Shown: in pieces, positions 18,401 to 29,300 of the stretch
Numbering within the stretch: position 1 is the stretch's first letter
Layout of the letters: every line of letters begins with the position of its first letter
Source: a virus
Length of the DNA stretch: 64,000 nt
Reading direction: 5' to 3' (one strand)
Virus record (IMG/VR): IMGVR_UViG_3300028394_000035
Translations under genes and position numbers: made by a program
Notes under the pieces: generated by a model
The model's input: the letters and a program-made list of their open reading frames with translations, nothing else
What the model was told of the DNA's origin: nothing
Database searches by the model: none

Positions 18401-21400
18401 TTTCGAGACAATTGGATGCATATAATCCAGTTGATAATAATTTAATTTTGGATGATATATCGGATCAATTTACTGGTATTGCAGCTACAACATTTGTATT
18501 ATCGTCAAACAATCAGCCAGTTGCTGGAATTTTTACAAGTACAAATAGTAGCACAAACATAAACAACAAACCATTTATTCTAATTAATAATATTTTCCAA
18601 ACTCCAGAAGTTGATTATACAATTGATACACCAAATACAAATACGATTAAGTTTTTAACTGGTGCTCCAAGTGCAGGTAAAATTGTAAATGTTGCAATTA
18701 CAACTGGGTTTGGTTATCAACCCCTGATTGGTGCCGCAGCAACTGTTTCTGTATCAGCGGGTGGAACAATCAATTCAATCACCCTGAAAGGCGCTGGGAG
18801 TGGGTATAGAACGTCTCCGATTGTAAGTATTGCATCAACTGTTGGGTCTGGTGCTTCAATTTCTGCGATTGTTGGGGCTGGAGGAACAATAACGTCACTA
18901 TCTATTATAAACGGAGGTATTGGATATACTGTCACATCATTGCCAGTTGCAGTAATAAGTTTACCATTACCTTACAGCAATTTAGGCGTTGCTTACACGG
19001 GTGGATCTAGTGGAAATGGAATAGGGGCAAAGGTTTCAGTTCAAGTTGGAAATGGGTCAAGTATTATTCAGTTCAATATAGACAACCCAGGAATTGGATA
19101 TAAAGTTGGCGATGTATTATCTGTTGTGGGTTTGACCACAAATCCAAACATAGGAACATCATTCAGTGAATTTAGAATTACCGTAAATGAAACACTAACA
19201 GATAAATTTAGTGGATTTTTTGTTGGACAGTTTATATCATTTGATGATATTTCTGTATATTTTAATGGATCAAGAACCAAATTCACATTAACACAAACTG
19301 TAAGTGGTGTTACTGATGTTGTAGATCTAAAGAAAAAACCAGGTTCTGATATAGAATTGGAAAATAATTTATTCATATATTTAAATGATATACTACAAAT
19401 TCCAAATGAATCATATACTATTTTAGGAAGTAGAATATTCTTTAAAGAACCACCAAAACCTGGATCAAAATGTAGTGTTCTATTTTTTAAAGGATCTGTT
19501 CGAGATGTTGAAACTATTACTCCAGTAAAAACAATTAAAGATGGTGATGGTGTTCAAATTGGAGAAAACATTTATGACAATTTAGATATTGAACAGTTTG
19601 AACGAATTGTTAAAAAAATCGTTTCGAGTGATCAACTTGACACTTATAATTATGATAGTATAGGTATTAATACGAATACAAATAAACAAAGACCTCTTAA
19701 ATGGACTAAACAAAAACAAGATAGAATTATTAATGGATCTTTAGTATCAAAAGCAAGACCAAGTTTAATACCAACAATTAGACCAACAACAAGAATAATT
19801 AAAAATGTAAATATTGAAGATACTTCAATATATGTAAGCAGTGCATTTCCGTTATTTAATACATTAGACTCATTACCAGAAGAAGATGCTAATATTTTAA
19901 TTGTCGAAACTAGAGATACAGATTCTGCAATAGCAACAGCAATAGTTTCTGTTGCTAGTACAATTTCTTCAATTGCAATTTCAACAGGTGGAATTGGATA
20001 TGCATATACAACATCACCAAATGTTGCAATTTCGTCAATTTCTGTACAATTAAAAGATCCAATTTTAAACTGGACATTATCTTCTGGTCTTTCTACTAAT
20101 ACTTCCCTGTTTTCAATTACCAATGGAAATCCAATAGTTTCTGTGGGTCAAAGTGGTGTTGTTGCAATTACAACAGATGCAAAAAATTACAGTTCAATTT
20201 TGAATGTGGGATTTGCTAAGACTGTATCATTTAATTCAGTTTCTTTTGCCTCGACTAATACTTATATTGCAGTTGGTAATAATGGAAAAATAATTAAAGC
20301 AATTGGTTATGGAACAACAATATCTTCTTGGACAGAAATGAAAAAATATGAAGAATTTTCACAGTTTGGCATTATCACAAGATCTGAAAGTTCTTATATT
20401 TCATCTTTAACTAATGTTAACTATTTTTCAGATATTGGTAAGTGGGTTTCTGTCGGATATGGAGGAGCAATTTTTTCTGCAGTTGGTGTTGGATCAACTT
20501 CATTTACTAAAGTCGCATCAAATACTTCTAGTAATTTTAAATCCATAGCATATGGAGCATCAAAACTAATTGCAGTAGGTGATGATGGTACAGTTTCGAC
20601 ATCATCAAATGGACAATTCTGGGACACAGATATAATTACATCAAATAATTTAAATAAAATTATTTGGGATGGGGCAAAATTTATTGTAGTGGGTAATTCA
20701 AATTCTATATTTATATCATTTTTTGGTGTTACTTGGGAACAAATAACACCAAATATTAATGGTAATTTTGTTAACATTAATTATAATACATCATATGAAT
20801 TGTATACATTATTAAACTCAAATGGTATATTGTATTATTCTTTTGATTTGATAAATTGGACATTTAGATCGACAAATCAATCAAATATTATAAATGATAT
20901 TTTATATGTTCCAAATAATGATGGTTATGTTTTAATTGGTGTTGGAGCAACTTCAATATATTCTACTGCTGTTTATAATTTTGCTACAGCAACATCAAAT
21001 TCCACATCGGGCATCGTAACTTCAATTTCAATTACAAATCCTGGGTTTGGTTATAATCAAAATAATCCACCAAAAATATTAATACAACCAGACAAAGCAT
21101 TAATTGAGCAAATAGTTTCCATAAAATCAAAAGGAGATCATGGATTAATTGTTGGGGTGGATACAAGTTTGGGATATGGATCGACTCTACCACAACTAAT
21201 TTTTAGATTAAAATCAGAATCTTATGATAATACAACTTTAGGAATTGGTTATTCTGCTCTTGACAGTTTTGGAATATCAAATAGTGGAATATCGACAGGT
21301 GACTACTTTATCATTTACGATAGTAATGTACAATGTGGACATGCTTTGACTGGAATTACAACTACAAACAATATAATAACAAATGTCGGAACGGCAAATA

Positions 21401-21699
21401 CGTTTATTGATGGAGTTTATTATGCAGAGAACGTACAATCTTCTGGGGTTGGTATTGTTACTGTATTTTGTAAATTTTTACCTAGTCCCAATCATGTAAA
21501 TCAAATTATAGTTAACGCAGATCCATTAAATAGACCAAATGGTTTTTATGGGAAATATAGTTGGGGTAAGATTTATGATTATCAAAATAGGGGAATTGGT
21601 ATTCCAAAAAACTTTACAATAAATACAAATAATGGATTAGTTGGTTTATCTTCTGCACCAGAAGTGACCAGAACCAGAGGTTTGTTTAAAGGTAAATAA
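9466..21699 (+). CDS. gp7: Giant baseplate wedge initiator gp7-like protein (4077 aa, multidomain)
   Basis: Lies between gp6 and gp8; N-terminal gp7-like region (KDFYTTKGT..SFKILFKVLFG); YHYH-like, GxGY repeat and propeller modules. Confidence 0.8.
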   Translation: MSEIKRVKINHILDSQIPEFLNEESPTFKQFLNQYYISQEHQTGIVDLSNNLVKYKSIENFNNETLIDSQLQSKLTSSILSFDDIIYASHTIGYPDKYGILKINDEIITYTSKTQNSFLGCIRGFSGIENLENNNNPEFLTFTKTLAEDHSAGTIINNLNYIFFFEFFKKFKNQFLPGFEERSFTSNISIENILSRAKDFYTTKGTDTSFKILFKVLFGEDVEVIKPQEYMLRPSDNNYFITKNILVEKVSGDDPLFLAGSTLYQQVSSGTASASIYNVEYRPVQGKNLYEISLDSTSFINSFEFTGTTKVIDSISKNSTVINVDSTVGFAYSGTVIAKTNSGNIEINYTDKTNTQLLNITGLIYDLQFGDLIYENKLAYSYADSDIDNISPIKFRIINVIGNVNFDKSSNLRKGDKISLSSFGKNISKDYKFTSWVYNIPTNHDIQNIEILTNNTYRIYLKDNLIVHKNQKIYIFDGEEQIEATVTNVEDGDKREIKNRFIIETSKTLNLNNVSKIKRKLIKSSSNIFSNVSNIISSVQNTYIDKNEEYLYVACSGLPDYQITCTSTEKNISSVGSGTTVLTTNNHNFLTGDKIYYNSNSVGISTGVYFVTKINDNQIKLSYSNSDIFNEKFIQIDYPITSDQIYKLGFENKIIKDQKLLKKIKLNDSIDYFDDPENRTTFNRQVGIFANGVEIYSPTLFDENIYYGMVNSITVTNPGKDYDVINPPNLIISDSIGSGCNAHLILSGSIEEVKINSPGIGYDRKPKVTISGGNGEGAILETNLVKSKIISKLKADGTSVNINTDTITFLNNHNFDNHEEVIYSTNGNTNISGLIDKSNYFIKIVNSKSVKLHKNKNDSIVGINTVNITGISSGFHQFNTLNSKNTITKIYVKNKGKNYSNRLVKVASSFYPSFGMEISGINTADNYIFAKNHGFKNQDFIKYSYTNTSISGLLSTTDYVVTVVDKNKFKLSETGTEINSIKQNYLNKKYVKFDSLGVGTHTFYYPPIQINIETVSGIGSTAIVAPILTPVVLGSAESVYIENGGNSYGSPNIINFHRRPNVELSSISKALLKPVIVNGSINDVQIIFGGNGYDNGTQVIIYGEGKYADLKPIIENGSIVNFSIVDGGVGYASSNTTLSAVRRGSDLKFVVDVFEWKIDQVEKNKNTILVNGGDDETLSYPALDLNLGLQPINFYLSRQFRKNLSDNILDNNQEQTSSFRHSPIVGWAYDGNPIYGPYGYENLNDTTIKLISSSYSKKSLPTNDLRPNNFVNGFFINDYEYNSSGDLDEYNGRYCITPEYPYGTYAYFTTFELISNILNPLYPYVISQKFKDTPILENFNPSFSQKTNISTYNIIRNFSNYYVDSINSGYEIIEKISPNLKQEFIVKDIKKSGISSIFIDNFGSNYSVNDVIKFSNTPDGTGVSAQISRISGKNISNLIVGVTTFNDVIFYSKENTLNQIVGITSFIHNLTTGDEVVISGLSTISLSQLEGVKNIFVNQKTTELVETLQNTSTTGISTYLTVKDVVGFEVSDNIGVGTEYMTITGIDPKKSQILVNRQSGGGIHTVGIESVRLLTNKFEFFEPKAIGYTIPENKTVYFDPTNTIGYGQSGSTYSVVGIGTSTINIRFVPEKSIYLENHRFYTGQPLAYNYSAGAGISAYSESNGAPITLNNNQIVYAVNFGNNFLGISTLGFTTSVGIGTTLNSVTFLYNSSVGYSHSLTTYYPKITGRVQNYAGIVTTSDPHGLFNGDKIKFTVLPSREESIKFRFDRKNKKITTDLIGISTNFVSIGGTSNINIPNNNLKTGDKVIYYAGNVGIGGLIDNAIYYVIKQNPDKIQLSNYAYDASIGIGITFTSVGVGTHNIALINPPLSFTKGDVITFDVSDLSLNDLKLEFYKDQNFQKRFEIDKKKTNSLAIDRSGVAVTITTNQRNIPNLLYYKFSSTSLFDIDAFRLSSDFEVFGNNKIDIRQSLLNSDYSIIGINSTSFKFNLKQKPEDTSYTQTSGISSVFYDTDSINSTGSISKVRINSKGKSYSKIPSIVSIASTTGSGAILYPTSEEIGKIISIDRIKDGFDYPTDPTTLPQLSIPAVCIIKDIARIDYVGILTSGKNYNTPPKLKIIGNNDIEIYAGIQGGSVVSVNILKNSYNLKEPLRIVPYNNSNGYEIDSIYASATSGIGTIELVNDPVLYPYISTGYGTTEIDFPFSVGDKIFIEKCRLTPSSSGLANFNSKDYGYNFFTVTGVNTTNFVVNYSMSGLQTGTFGNYNNLLTLGYVVNKKDMAEFQMVLIDDANYNSGERVISGSTFSAKVMENGWDNDTNQLRLIDVQGTLNIEDKLYGEESKLNGTVKYVSKFSLDSDLNVFREKINDFGDKVGFLNDYQQRISDNDYYQKFSYSIKGQIPYSTWKESVKSIVHPSGFKEFSDLVITGIVTSGPLNLGVGKSTNMKVNAVNPDPFLLVNIDNTADLSVKNNFAMVYEDDQLDDGSVERIFFLEGIALRSYTLNKTNKVYMIDDISNQFTGFTTTIGGSIVGLSSFKLKSKGDPIFYKEFVGSASTIIDLSNDKFIIPNHGFQSGQEIIYNPGVGTRIGIATTSYATGTLDILMKVGAGIGSAIYENGYNNYVPYIGIVTGISSTVSPGIFSQYFGFGNSIPGVVNIGIGTGALFQVLITYNSSTGNPIGTSVQLIDGGSGYSVGQQISIAGTYMGGATPTNNLYFTISRVSTTRAGTVNTTYVSVASTSSGIGTGAIFNVTRDANKDISEVRIVNGGTGYASTDQIIISGSNVGGSTPADNVYLSPTLLGTNKLPSNIFVKKIDTNNFQVSGFSTTLNIPFNLTSLTTGTQSFSFKNPNENVIISIDNIIQSPIHRKKILLGLSTSIGIGSTSVYISSGISSVFNNDILQIDNEYLKVNSVGVGSTNVLNVTRAFMGSVAVGHTVGAATTIVKGDFNIIDDVIYFSTPPYGPSIASTDPQLIQNSSFSGRVFSRQLDAYNPVDNNLILDDISDQFTGIAATTFVLSSNNQPVAGIFTSTNSSTNINNKPFILINNIFQTPEVDYTIDTPNTNTIKFLTGAPSAGKIVNVAITTGFGYQPLIGAAATVSVSAGGTINSITLKGAGSGYRTSPIVSIASTVGSGASISAIVGAGGTITSLSIINGGIGYTVTSLPVAVISLPLPYSNLGVAYTGGSSGNGIGAKVSVQVGNGSSIIQFNIDNPGIGYKVGDVLSVVGLTTNPNIGTSFSEFRITVNETLTDKFSGFFVGQFISFDDISVYFNGSRTKFTLTQTVSGVTDVVDLKKKPGSDIELENNLFIYLNDILQIPNESYTILGSRIFFKEPPKPGSKCSVLFFKGSVRDVETITPVKTIKDGDGVQIGENIYDNLDIEQFERIVKKIVSSDQLDTYNYDSIGINTNTNKQRPLKWTKQKQDRIINGSLVSKARPSLIPTIRPTTRIIKNVNIEDTSIYVSSAFPLFNTLDSLPEEDANILIVETRDTDSAIATAIVSVASTISSIAISTGGIGYAYTTSPNVAISSISVQLKDPILNWTLSSGLSTNTSLFSITNGNPIVSVGQSGVVAITTDAKNYSSILNVGFAKTVSFNSVSFASTNTYIAVGNNGKIIKAIGYGTTISSWTEMKKYEEFSQFGIITRSESSYISSLTNVNYFSDIGKWVSVGYGGAIFSAVGVGSTSFTKVASNTSSNFKSIAYGASKLIAVGDDGTVSTSSNGQFWDTDIITSNNLNKIIWDGAKFIVVGNSNSIFISFFGVTWEQITPNINGNFVNINYNTSYELYTLLNSNGILYYSFDLINWTFRSTNQSNIINDILYVPNNDGYVLIGVGATSIYSTAVYNFATATSNSTSGIVTSISITNPGFGYNQNNPPKILIQPDKALIEQIVSIKSKGDHGLIVGVDTSLGYGSTLPQLIFRLKSESYDNTTLGIGYSALDSFGISNSGISTGDYFIIYDSNVQCGHALTGITTTNNIITNVGTANTFIDGVYYAENVQSSGVGIVTVFCKFLPSPNHVNQIIVNADPLNRPNGFYGKYSWGKIYDYQNRGIGIPKNFTINTNNGLVGLSSAPEVTRTRGLFKGK

Positions 21700-21721
21700 A
21701 TAAATATAAACTATCACAAAA

Positions 21722-23305
21722 ATGCCTGCTATTATATCTGATCAATTTAGAATATTAAATGCTGAAAATTTTACCAAAAGTATTGTTGGTATCGGTCAAA
21801 CACTAAATCGTTATTATACATTTATCGGACAACCAAATTCGACCGATCAAAGAGCTGGAGGATCTTTAAGTTGGGGAACTGGCCCATCTCCAGTGGATGG
21901 ATTTAAAGAAGAGAATGATATTAAAGATACAATTATTGCTATGAAGCAAGTTTCTAGCAGTGATATTCGTAGAGTGGTTAGAAAAATAATTTGGACTGCA
22001 GGAACAACTTATGAGATGTACAGACACGATTATAATATTTACAACAAAACACCCATAACATCACAATCAAGTCTTTATGAATCTAATTATTATGTGATCA
22101 ACGATGACCTTAGGGTTTATATTTGTCTTCAAAATGGATCTGATGCAGAAAATTTAAATGGGAGACCTTCATATGATAAACCTGAATTTATTGATTTGGA
22201 ACCAAGATCTGCGGGAACTTCGGGTGATGGATATATTTGGAAATATCTATACACAATAAAACCTTCAGAAATTATCAAATTTGATTCAATCGAATATATT
22301 CCTGTTCCAGAAGATTGGGGAATTTCGGGTGAAAGTATTTCAACAAAAGCAAATGCAGTGGATGGAAGAATAAATTCTATTATAATTAAACAAAGAGGAA
22401 TATCATACAATCCGACATCTTCAACATTCACCAACATTCCTATTCTTGGAGACGGTAATGATGGAAAAGTGACAATTACGACCGATTCTTTTGGAAAAGT
22501 ATCAGAAGTCTATATTACTGATGGTGGAAATGGTTATACTTATGGCACTGTAAAATTTGAACCAGGTGCTCCAGGAATACCAACTTCATTGTCAAATGTT
22601 GGCGCAGGATTATCTTCTCTTGCATCTTTTGATGTAATTATTCCACCAAAAGGTGGCCATGGATATGATATCTATAGAGAACTTGGTGCATATAGAGTTC
22701 TTATATATTCTAGATATGAAACTTTAGAATCAAACCCAGATATAATTTCTGGAAATGATTTTGCAAGAGTTGGTATTATAAAAAACCCAACAATTACCGG
22801 AAGTCAAGTAGAGCTTTTAAATACATCTATAGTAAGTGGACTAAAAGCACTTAAATTTACCGGATCAGCAACAACTGCTACAACTTATGCAGTAGATTCA
22901 ACAATTACGCAGACAGTTGGTGTTGGATCCACTGCAATTGGATTTGTTGCGTCTTGGGATAATATTACCGGAGTATTAAAATATTATCAACCGGTTGGTT
23001 TAGCAACAACGTCTGTTGGATACAAACTTATAAACTTTACTTCAAGTCCAGCAACTGGAGGAAATTTGACAATATATGGTTCATCTATGAATGGGACAAC
23101 ACCATTATCAATCAATTCTGGATTTAGTGGCGTATCTACTACAATTAATGGTAGAACATACCAACTTGGATTAACTTTCAATTCTGGTATTGCATCTGCA
23201 GAATATAATAAAAAGTCCGGAGAGATTATATACATAGATAATAGATCTCCAATACCTAGGTCATCCAGTCAAAAGGAAGACATTAAAATTATACTAGAGT
23301 TTTAA
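21722..23305 (+). CDS. gp8: Baseplate wedge subunit gp8
   Basis: YRHDY, YYVINDDLRVYICL, DGYIWKYLYTI; C-terminal SGEIIYIDNR..RSSSQKEDIKIILEF. Confidence 0.9.
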   Translation: MPAIISDQFRILNAENFTKSIVGIGQTLNRYYTFIGQPNSTDQRAGGSLSWGTGPSPVDGFKEENDIKDTIIAMKQVSSSDIRRVVRKIIWTAGTTYEMYRHDYNIYNKTPITSQSSLYESNYYVINDDLRVYICLQNGSDAENLNGRPSYDKPEFIDLEPRSAGTSGDGYIWKYLYTIKPSEIIKFDSIEYIPVPEDWGISGESISTKANAVDGRINSIIIKQRGISYNPTSSTFTNIPILGDGNDGKVTITTDSFGKVSEVYITDGGNGYTYGTVKFEPGAPGIPTSLSNVGAGLSSLASFDVIIPPKGGHGYDIYRELGAYRVLIYSRYETLESNPDIISGNDFARVGIIKNPTITGSQVELLNTSIVSGLKALKFTGSATTATTYAVDSTITQTVGVGSTAIGFVASWDNITGVLKYYQPVGLATTSVGYKLINFTSSPATGGNLTIYGSSMNGTTPLSINSGFSGVSTTINGRTYQLGLTFNSGIASAEYNKKSGEIIYIDNRSPIPRSSSQKEDIKIILEF

Positions 23306-23310
23306 ATCAA

Positions 23311-26300
23311 ATGCCCCAAAAAACTAATTTAAACGTATCTCCGTATTTTGATGATTTTGAAGAATCAAAAAATTATCAAAAAGTTTTATTTAAACCGGGT
23401 TCCCCAGTTCAGGCAAGAGAATTAACAACATTACAAACAATACTTCAAAATCAAATAGAAAAATTCGGAAATCATTTCTTCAAAGAAGGAGCAATGGTAA
23501 TTCCTGGCCAAATTGCTTATGATTCAGAATATGCCTGTGTTCAAATTGATGAAACGCATTTGGGACTTCCTATTTCTTTATATCTAGAAAATCTTGTAGG
23601 AAAATTAATTCAAGGAGAAATTAGTGGGGTAAAGGCAAAAATTGAAAATTATGTATCAAATAATGATACAAATATAACATACAATACTTTATACATAAAA
23701 TACCAAAGTTCAAGTGATACTAATTTTTCAACTGCAACTTTTGTTGATGGAGAAAATTTAATAGCATTAGAGGATATTACATATTCTTTATCGACAATTA
23801 GGAATGGTACATCTTTTGCTACAACGATTATATCAAATTCTACCGCAGTAGGTTCTGCCGCAAAAATTGCAGAAGGAATATATTTTATTAGAGGTTTTTT
23901 CCTAAAAATAAATTCAGAAACAGTTATACTAGATTATTATACAAATAAACCATCTTATAGAGTTGGTTTATTGATTGATGAAGATATCGTCGTCGCATCA
24001 GACGAATATAAAGATCTATTTGATAATGCTCAAGGGTTTTCGAATTATGCAGCTCCTGGTGCAGATAGATTAAAAATATCTACTTCATTGATTAAAAAAT
24101 CAATTGATGAATTTAATGATGAAAATTTCATTGAACTTCTTAGACTAGAAAATGGAATTTTACAAAAATTTGTAAAAACGACAAATTATAATTTAATTAG
24201 AGATGAACTTGCAAGAAGAACATATGACGAATCTGGAGACTATTATGTAAAACCATTTGATATTGTGGAAAAGGAATGCTTAAATGATCAAATTGGAAAT
24301 AATGGAATATATTTAAAAAATCAAAAAACAAGTCAAGGAAATACAGTCTCTGACAATTTGCTGTGTCTATCAGTTGGTCCCGGAAAGGCATATGTAAGGG
24401 GATATGAAGTAGAAACAATTAATAATACAATAATTGATGTAGAAAAACCAAGATCTACTTCTAATGATTACAATCAAGCAATACCTTTTAATTTAGGAAG
24501 GCAAATTATTGTTAATAACGTTTCGGGATCAGTTCCCGTTGGTTTTGGAGTGTCGTCACTAGTAAATTTACACCAAGGAAGAACAGTATCTGTAGGTATT
24601 GCATCTGATTTAAAAATAGGTGTTGCAAGAATATATGATTTAAAATTAAAAAATGCCGAATATACAAATGCAGCAACACAATATGAAATATCTTTATATG
24701 ATGTTCAAACTTATACAATTTTAAATTTAAATGCAACCATATCTCAAACAGTTCCTGCACATATTCGAGGAAAAAATAGTGGAGCGACAGGATATCTTGT
24801 TGGCACTGTATCTTCTTCAAAAGAACTAACATTATATCAAGTTTCTGGTTCTTTTGCAAAAGATGAGCAAATTGAAATTAACGGAATAGATAATGGCCGA
24901 ACAATTACTTCGTCTCGTGATTTTAATTTTTCAGATGTTCATCAAATAGTCGGTAATGGAGTAACATTTACAGCAGATCCACTACTTTCTAATTCGATTC
25001 TTTTGTCTCCTTCAGGATCACAATTTACAATTTCTGTTGCATCTGGAGGAATAAGTTCAGTAACAAATTCAAATTCAAATTTTTATGTTGGAATCAATAC
25101 TGGAGATGTAGTTTCATACACCAAACAAGGTGAAATTGTACCAACATATAATAAAGTACACAGAATAAGCACCACTGCAAAGGTAATTGAATTAAAATCA
25201 TTTCCTTCTGTTTCTGGTATTTGTAGTGGAAGTTTGCCATCTTCAACAATAACTACAAATGATTTTAAAAAAGTTACTCTAGAAATTTTAAATAATATAA
25301 AAAATATTGGTCTTTATACAAAATTAAATAAATCAAATATATCAAATTTAGATTTAATTGGATCTGATGTAGTGATTAGAAAAAGTTATAATGTAACAAT
25401 TAGTGGTAATGGATTATCACAATTACTAGAAAGTGACCCAAATTTAACTCTTGAACCATTTGACGAAGAAGATTACAATTTAGCATTTAGTAATGGAGTA
25501 ATAGAATCACTAACTGACCAAAAACTTGTTCCTAGTGGAAGAACTGTAACATTACAGAATATTAGCCAAAACGGAAATGCAGTTTTGACTACTACATTTA
25601 AAAAAATAAACGTAAAAACAAAGAAAAAAACACATAATAGATGTTCTTCTATAATTGTCAATAAATCATCACTTCAAGGATCTGGAATTGGATCAACCGC
25701 ATTGAATGATGGATTAATATATGGTCAAATATACGGAACAAGAGTGCAGGATAAAGAAATTTCATTAAATATTTCAGATGTATCCGAAATTGTTGGAATT
25801 ATTGAATCTTCGACTACTGGCGACCCATCACTACCATTTATTCAGTTAACAAATTTATCTTCAAATATTTTAAATTCCGTAAAGGGAGAATTAATTATTG
25901 GACAAATAAGTGGTGCAGTTGCTGTTTTAATTTCTTCAAATGGAACAAATCAAGTAGATATTGTTTATCAAAATGAAAATATATTTGCCACAAACGAATC
26001 TATAAGTTTCCAAGAATCTAATATACAAGCAAATGTATTGTTTGCATTTCCCGGAGATAAAAATATTAAAAATAATTATATTTTTGATTCTGGACAAAGG
26101 TCAGATTATCTGGATTTTTCTAAAATCATTAGAAAACCACAATTTTCAGGTCCGATAAAAAAAATTAAAATCATTTATAATCATTTTACAATAAATTCTT
26201 CTGATACCGGAGATTTTGTTGGAGTAAATTCTTACGACAAAGACATATACGGAAAACTAAAGTCGGTCGATGGTATCAGACTTTCTGATATAATTGATTG

Positions 26301-29300
26301 TAGGCCAAGAGTGACACCATTTAGTGGTTCTTCAACATCACCATTTGAGTTTTCTTCACGAATATTTGTTTCAACCACAAGTTCCTCCACTAATATTTTT
26401 GCAAAATCCAAAAATATCAATCTTTCTTATGATTATTATTTGCCAAGAATTGATAAAATCTTTTTGGATAAAGATGGTTCCTTTATAGTCAATAAAGGTG
26501 TTCCTTCTTTGACTCCACAAATTCCAAATAATTTAGATTCTTCTTTAGAAATTGGTACAATTTATTTGCCTGCATATTTGCACAATGTGTCTAGTGTTAA
26601 GACCAATTTAGTATCTCACAAAAGATACAGAATGAAAGATATTTCAAGTTTGGATCAAAGATTGTCAAATGTGGAATACTACACTTCGCTATCTCTTCTT
26701 GAAAGTGATACACAAAATCTTACAATCAGAGATAAAACAACACAACTTGATAGATTTAAATGTGGTTTTTTTGTAGATAATTTTAAATCATATAATGGTG
26801 GTGATATTTCTAATCCAGCATATAGAGCAAGTGTAGATGTTGCTGTTGGTGAATTGAATCCACAACCGTACACGACAAGTATTGATCTTTTGATTGGATC
26901 AGATTCTGTAATTGGTATTGGCACTCAATCCAATGCAGATGCGGATTTAAGATTTGTGAGTGATTTAGGATCCCCAAATATTAAAAGAGTTGGAGATATT
27001 GTATGTCTAAATTATTCAGATGTAGAATATGTAAAAAATAAATTTGCCACAAGAATTGAAAATATAAATCCATTTAATGTTATTAATTGGATTGGTGCAA
27101 TTGAACTAAATCCATCATCAGATACGTGGATAGAAACGAGAAATTCACAAAGAACAGCAGATATAGAAGGTAGTTATAACTCTTTTATTCAACAATTGGG
27201 CGTTGATACAAACACTGGTTTGTCTCCAACTGATTGGGGATCTTGGGAAACAAATTGGACCGGTACACAAACGAGCGGAAGGCAACAAATTGCTAGTATT
27301 CAAAATGGAAGTTCTTTTCTTTCCGAATCCTCATTTCAAAGTGGTGGATTTACAAATGATGGCCAAAACTTTGGAATCCCAATTACCACAGCACAAACAT
27401 TCCAAGATAGTTTTACCAATTTCTCAAATGAAACAACTACAACTACTACCAATCAAAGTAGGCAAGGAATACAATTTGGCGTTTCGCAAAGATTTGATAC
27501 AACAAATCTAGGAGATAGAGTTGTATCTAGGGAAGTTTTGTCATTTATGAGATCAAGAAATATTGAAATTATTGCAAGAAGATTAAAACCAAATACTAGA
27601 ATTTATGCATTTTTTGATAATATTAATATGACATCGTATGTAACTCCTAAACTTTTGGAAGTTACTATGACGAATGGGTCATTTTCGGTTGGTGAAGTTG
27701 TTGTTGGTTCTCTTGGATCAAAAACAATAAGATTTAGGGTAGCAACTCAAAATCACAAATATGGTCCATATAATTTGCCAACACAAACATATACAGTAGA
27801 TCCATATAATCCATCAAATTCACTTTCTTCGCAATATTCCTCAACAACTTCAATTTTAAATATTGATACTGCAAGTTTGGAAATTCAATCTTCTTCTGGT
27901 TTTTATGGGCAAATTGTGTCCGGAATGCGTCTTGTTGGACAAACTAGTGGTGCAATATGTAATGTAAAAGATTTAAGATTAATTAGTGATAATAGTGGTA
28001 CACTTATAGCATCATTGTTTATTCCCGATCCAACAATTCCATCAACACCAACATTTAGAACTGGAACAAAAACACTCAAGTTAACAACAAGTGAGGTAAA
28101 CAGCACAATATCTGGATTTACTGATAGTTCTGCTGAAGCTAATTTTGCATCTAGTGGTACTTTAGATAATGTTGAAGCAACAACATTAAGAATTAGAAAT
28201 GCAGACATTTCAAGAAATGTGAGAACAGACAATCGAGAAACTACAGAAACAGATACAAGAATTGTTGCAGATACCTCATTTACAAATAGGACAGTAACAA
28301 ATACTAGATGGGTAGACCCATTAGCACAATCATTTGAAGTTGCTGATTCGAATGGTGTATATATTACAAAATGTGATATATTCTTTAAATCAAAATCAAC
28401 AAATAATATTCCAGTAACTCTTCAAGTAAGAACGATGACAACTGGTTTACCAACACAAACAATTCTTCCATTTGGAGAAGTTGTATTGGAACCAAATGAA
28501 ATATTAATTTCAGAAGATGGATCAATACCAACAACCTTTACTTTTCCGTCACCAGTATATCTTGAAACTGCAAATGCATATTCGCTCGTTTTGCTTTCTG
28601 CATCTGACCAATATACTGTTTGGATTTCAAGAATGGGGGAACCAGATATATCTACTCTTCTTAAACCAGAATCAGAAAGAGTTATTGTTTCGCAGCAACC
28701 ACTTTTAGGATCATTATTTAAATCACAAAATGGAGCTACTTGGGACCCAAGTCAATATGAAGATTTGAAATTTACATTATATCGTGCAAATTTTACAACA
28801 AGTTCTTCAAATATAAGATTTTATAATCCAATTTTGGATATAGGAAATAATCAAATTGTTTCTTTAAGACAAAATCCAATTCAAATGTTTGCAAATAGTA
28901 CATTGGTCGGTATTGGAACAAGCATTAGTAGTGCAGATCAAAATTTATTAGTAAAAGGAACCAAAATTACACAAAAAAATAATTCTAATTTTTCTTCAAA
29001 CTTAATAAGTGTATTGGGTGGAATTTCTACCGGATCAACAGGAACGTTGACGATTACAAATCCCGGAATTGGATACACAAATGGTCCAATAACATATTCA
29101 AATGTCGATTTGACTACTATAACCGGAAATGGTATAGGCGCAAAAGCAAATTTATCAGTTAGTGGAGGTGTTGCAATTGCAGCAACAGTTACTGTTTCTG
29201 GTATTGGTTACGGAATTGGAGATGTGCTTAGCATTGTTTCAACAAATACTGGAGGGTTGGGAAAAAATCTTCTATTATCAGTTCCAAATAATGCTGGAAT

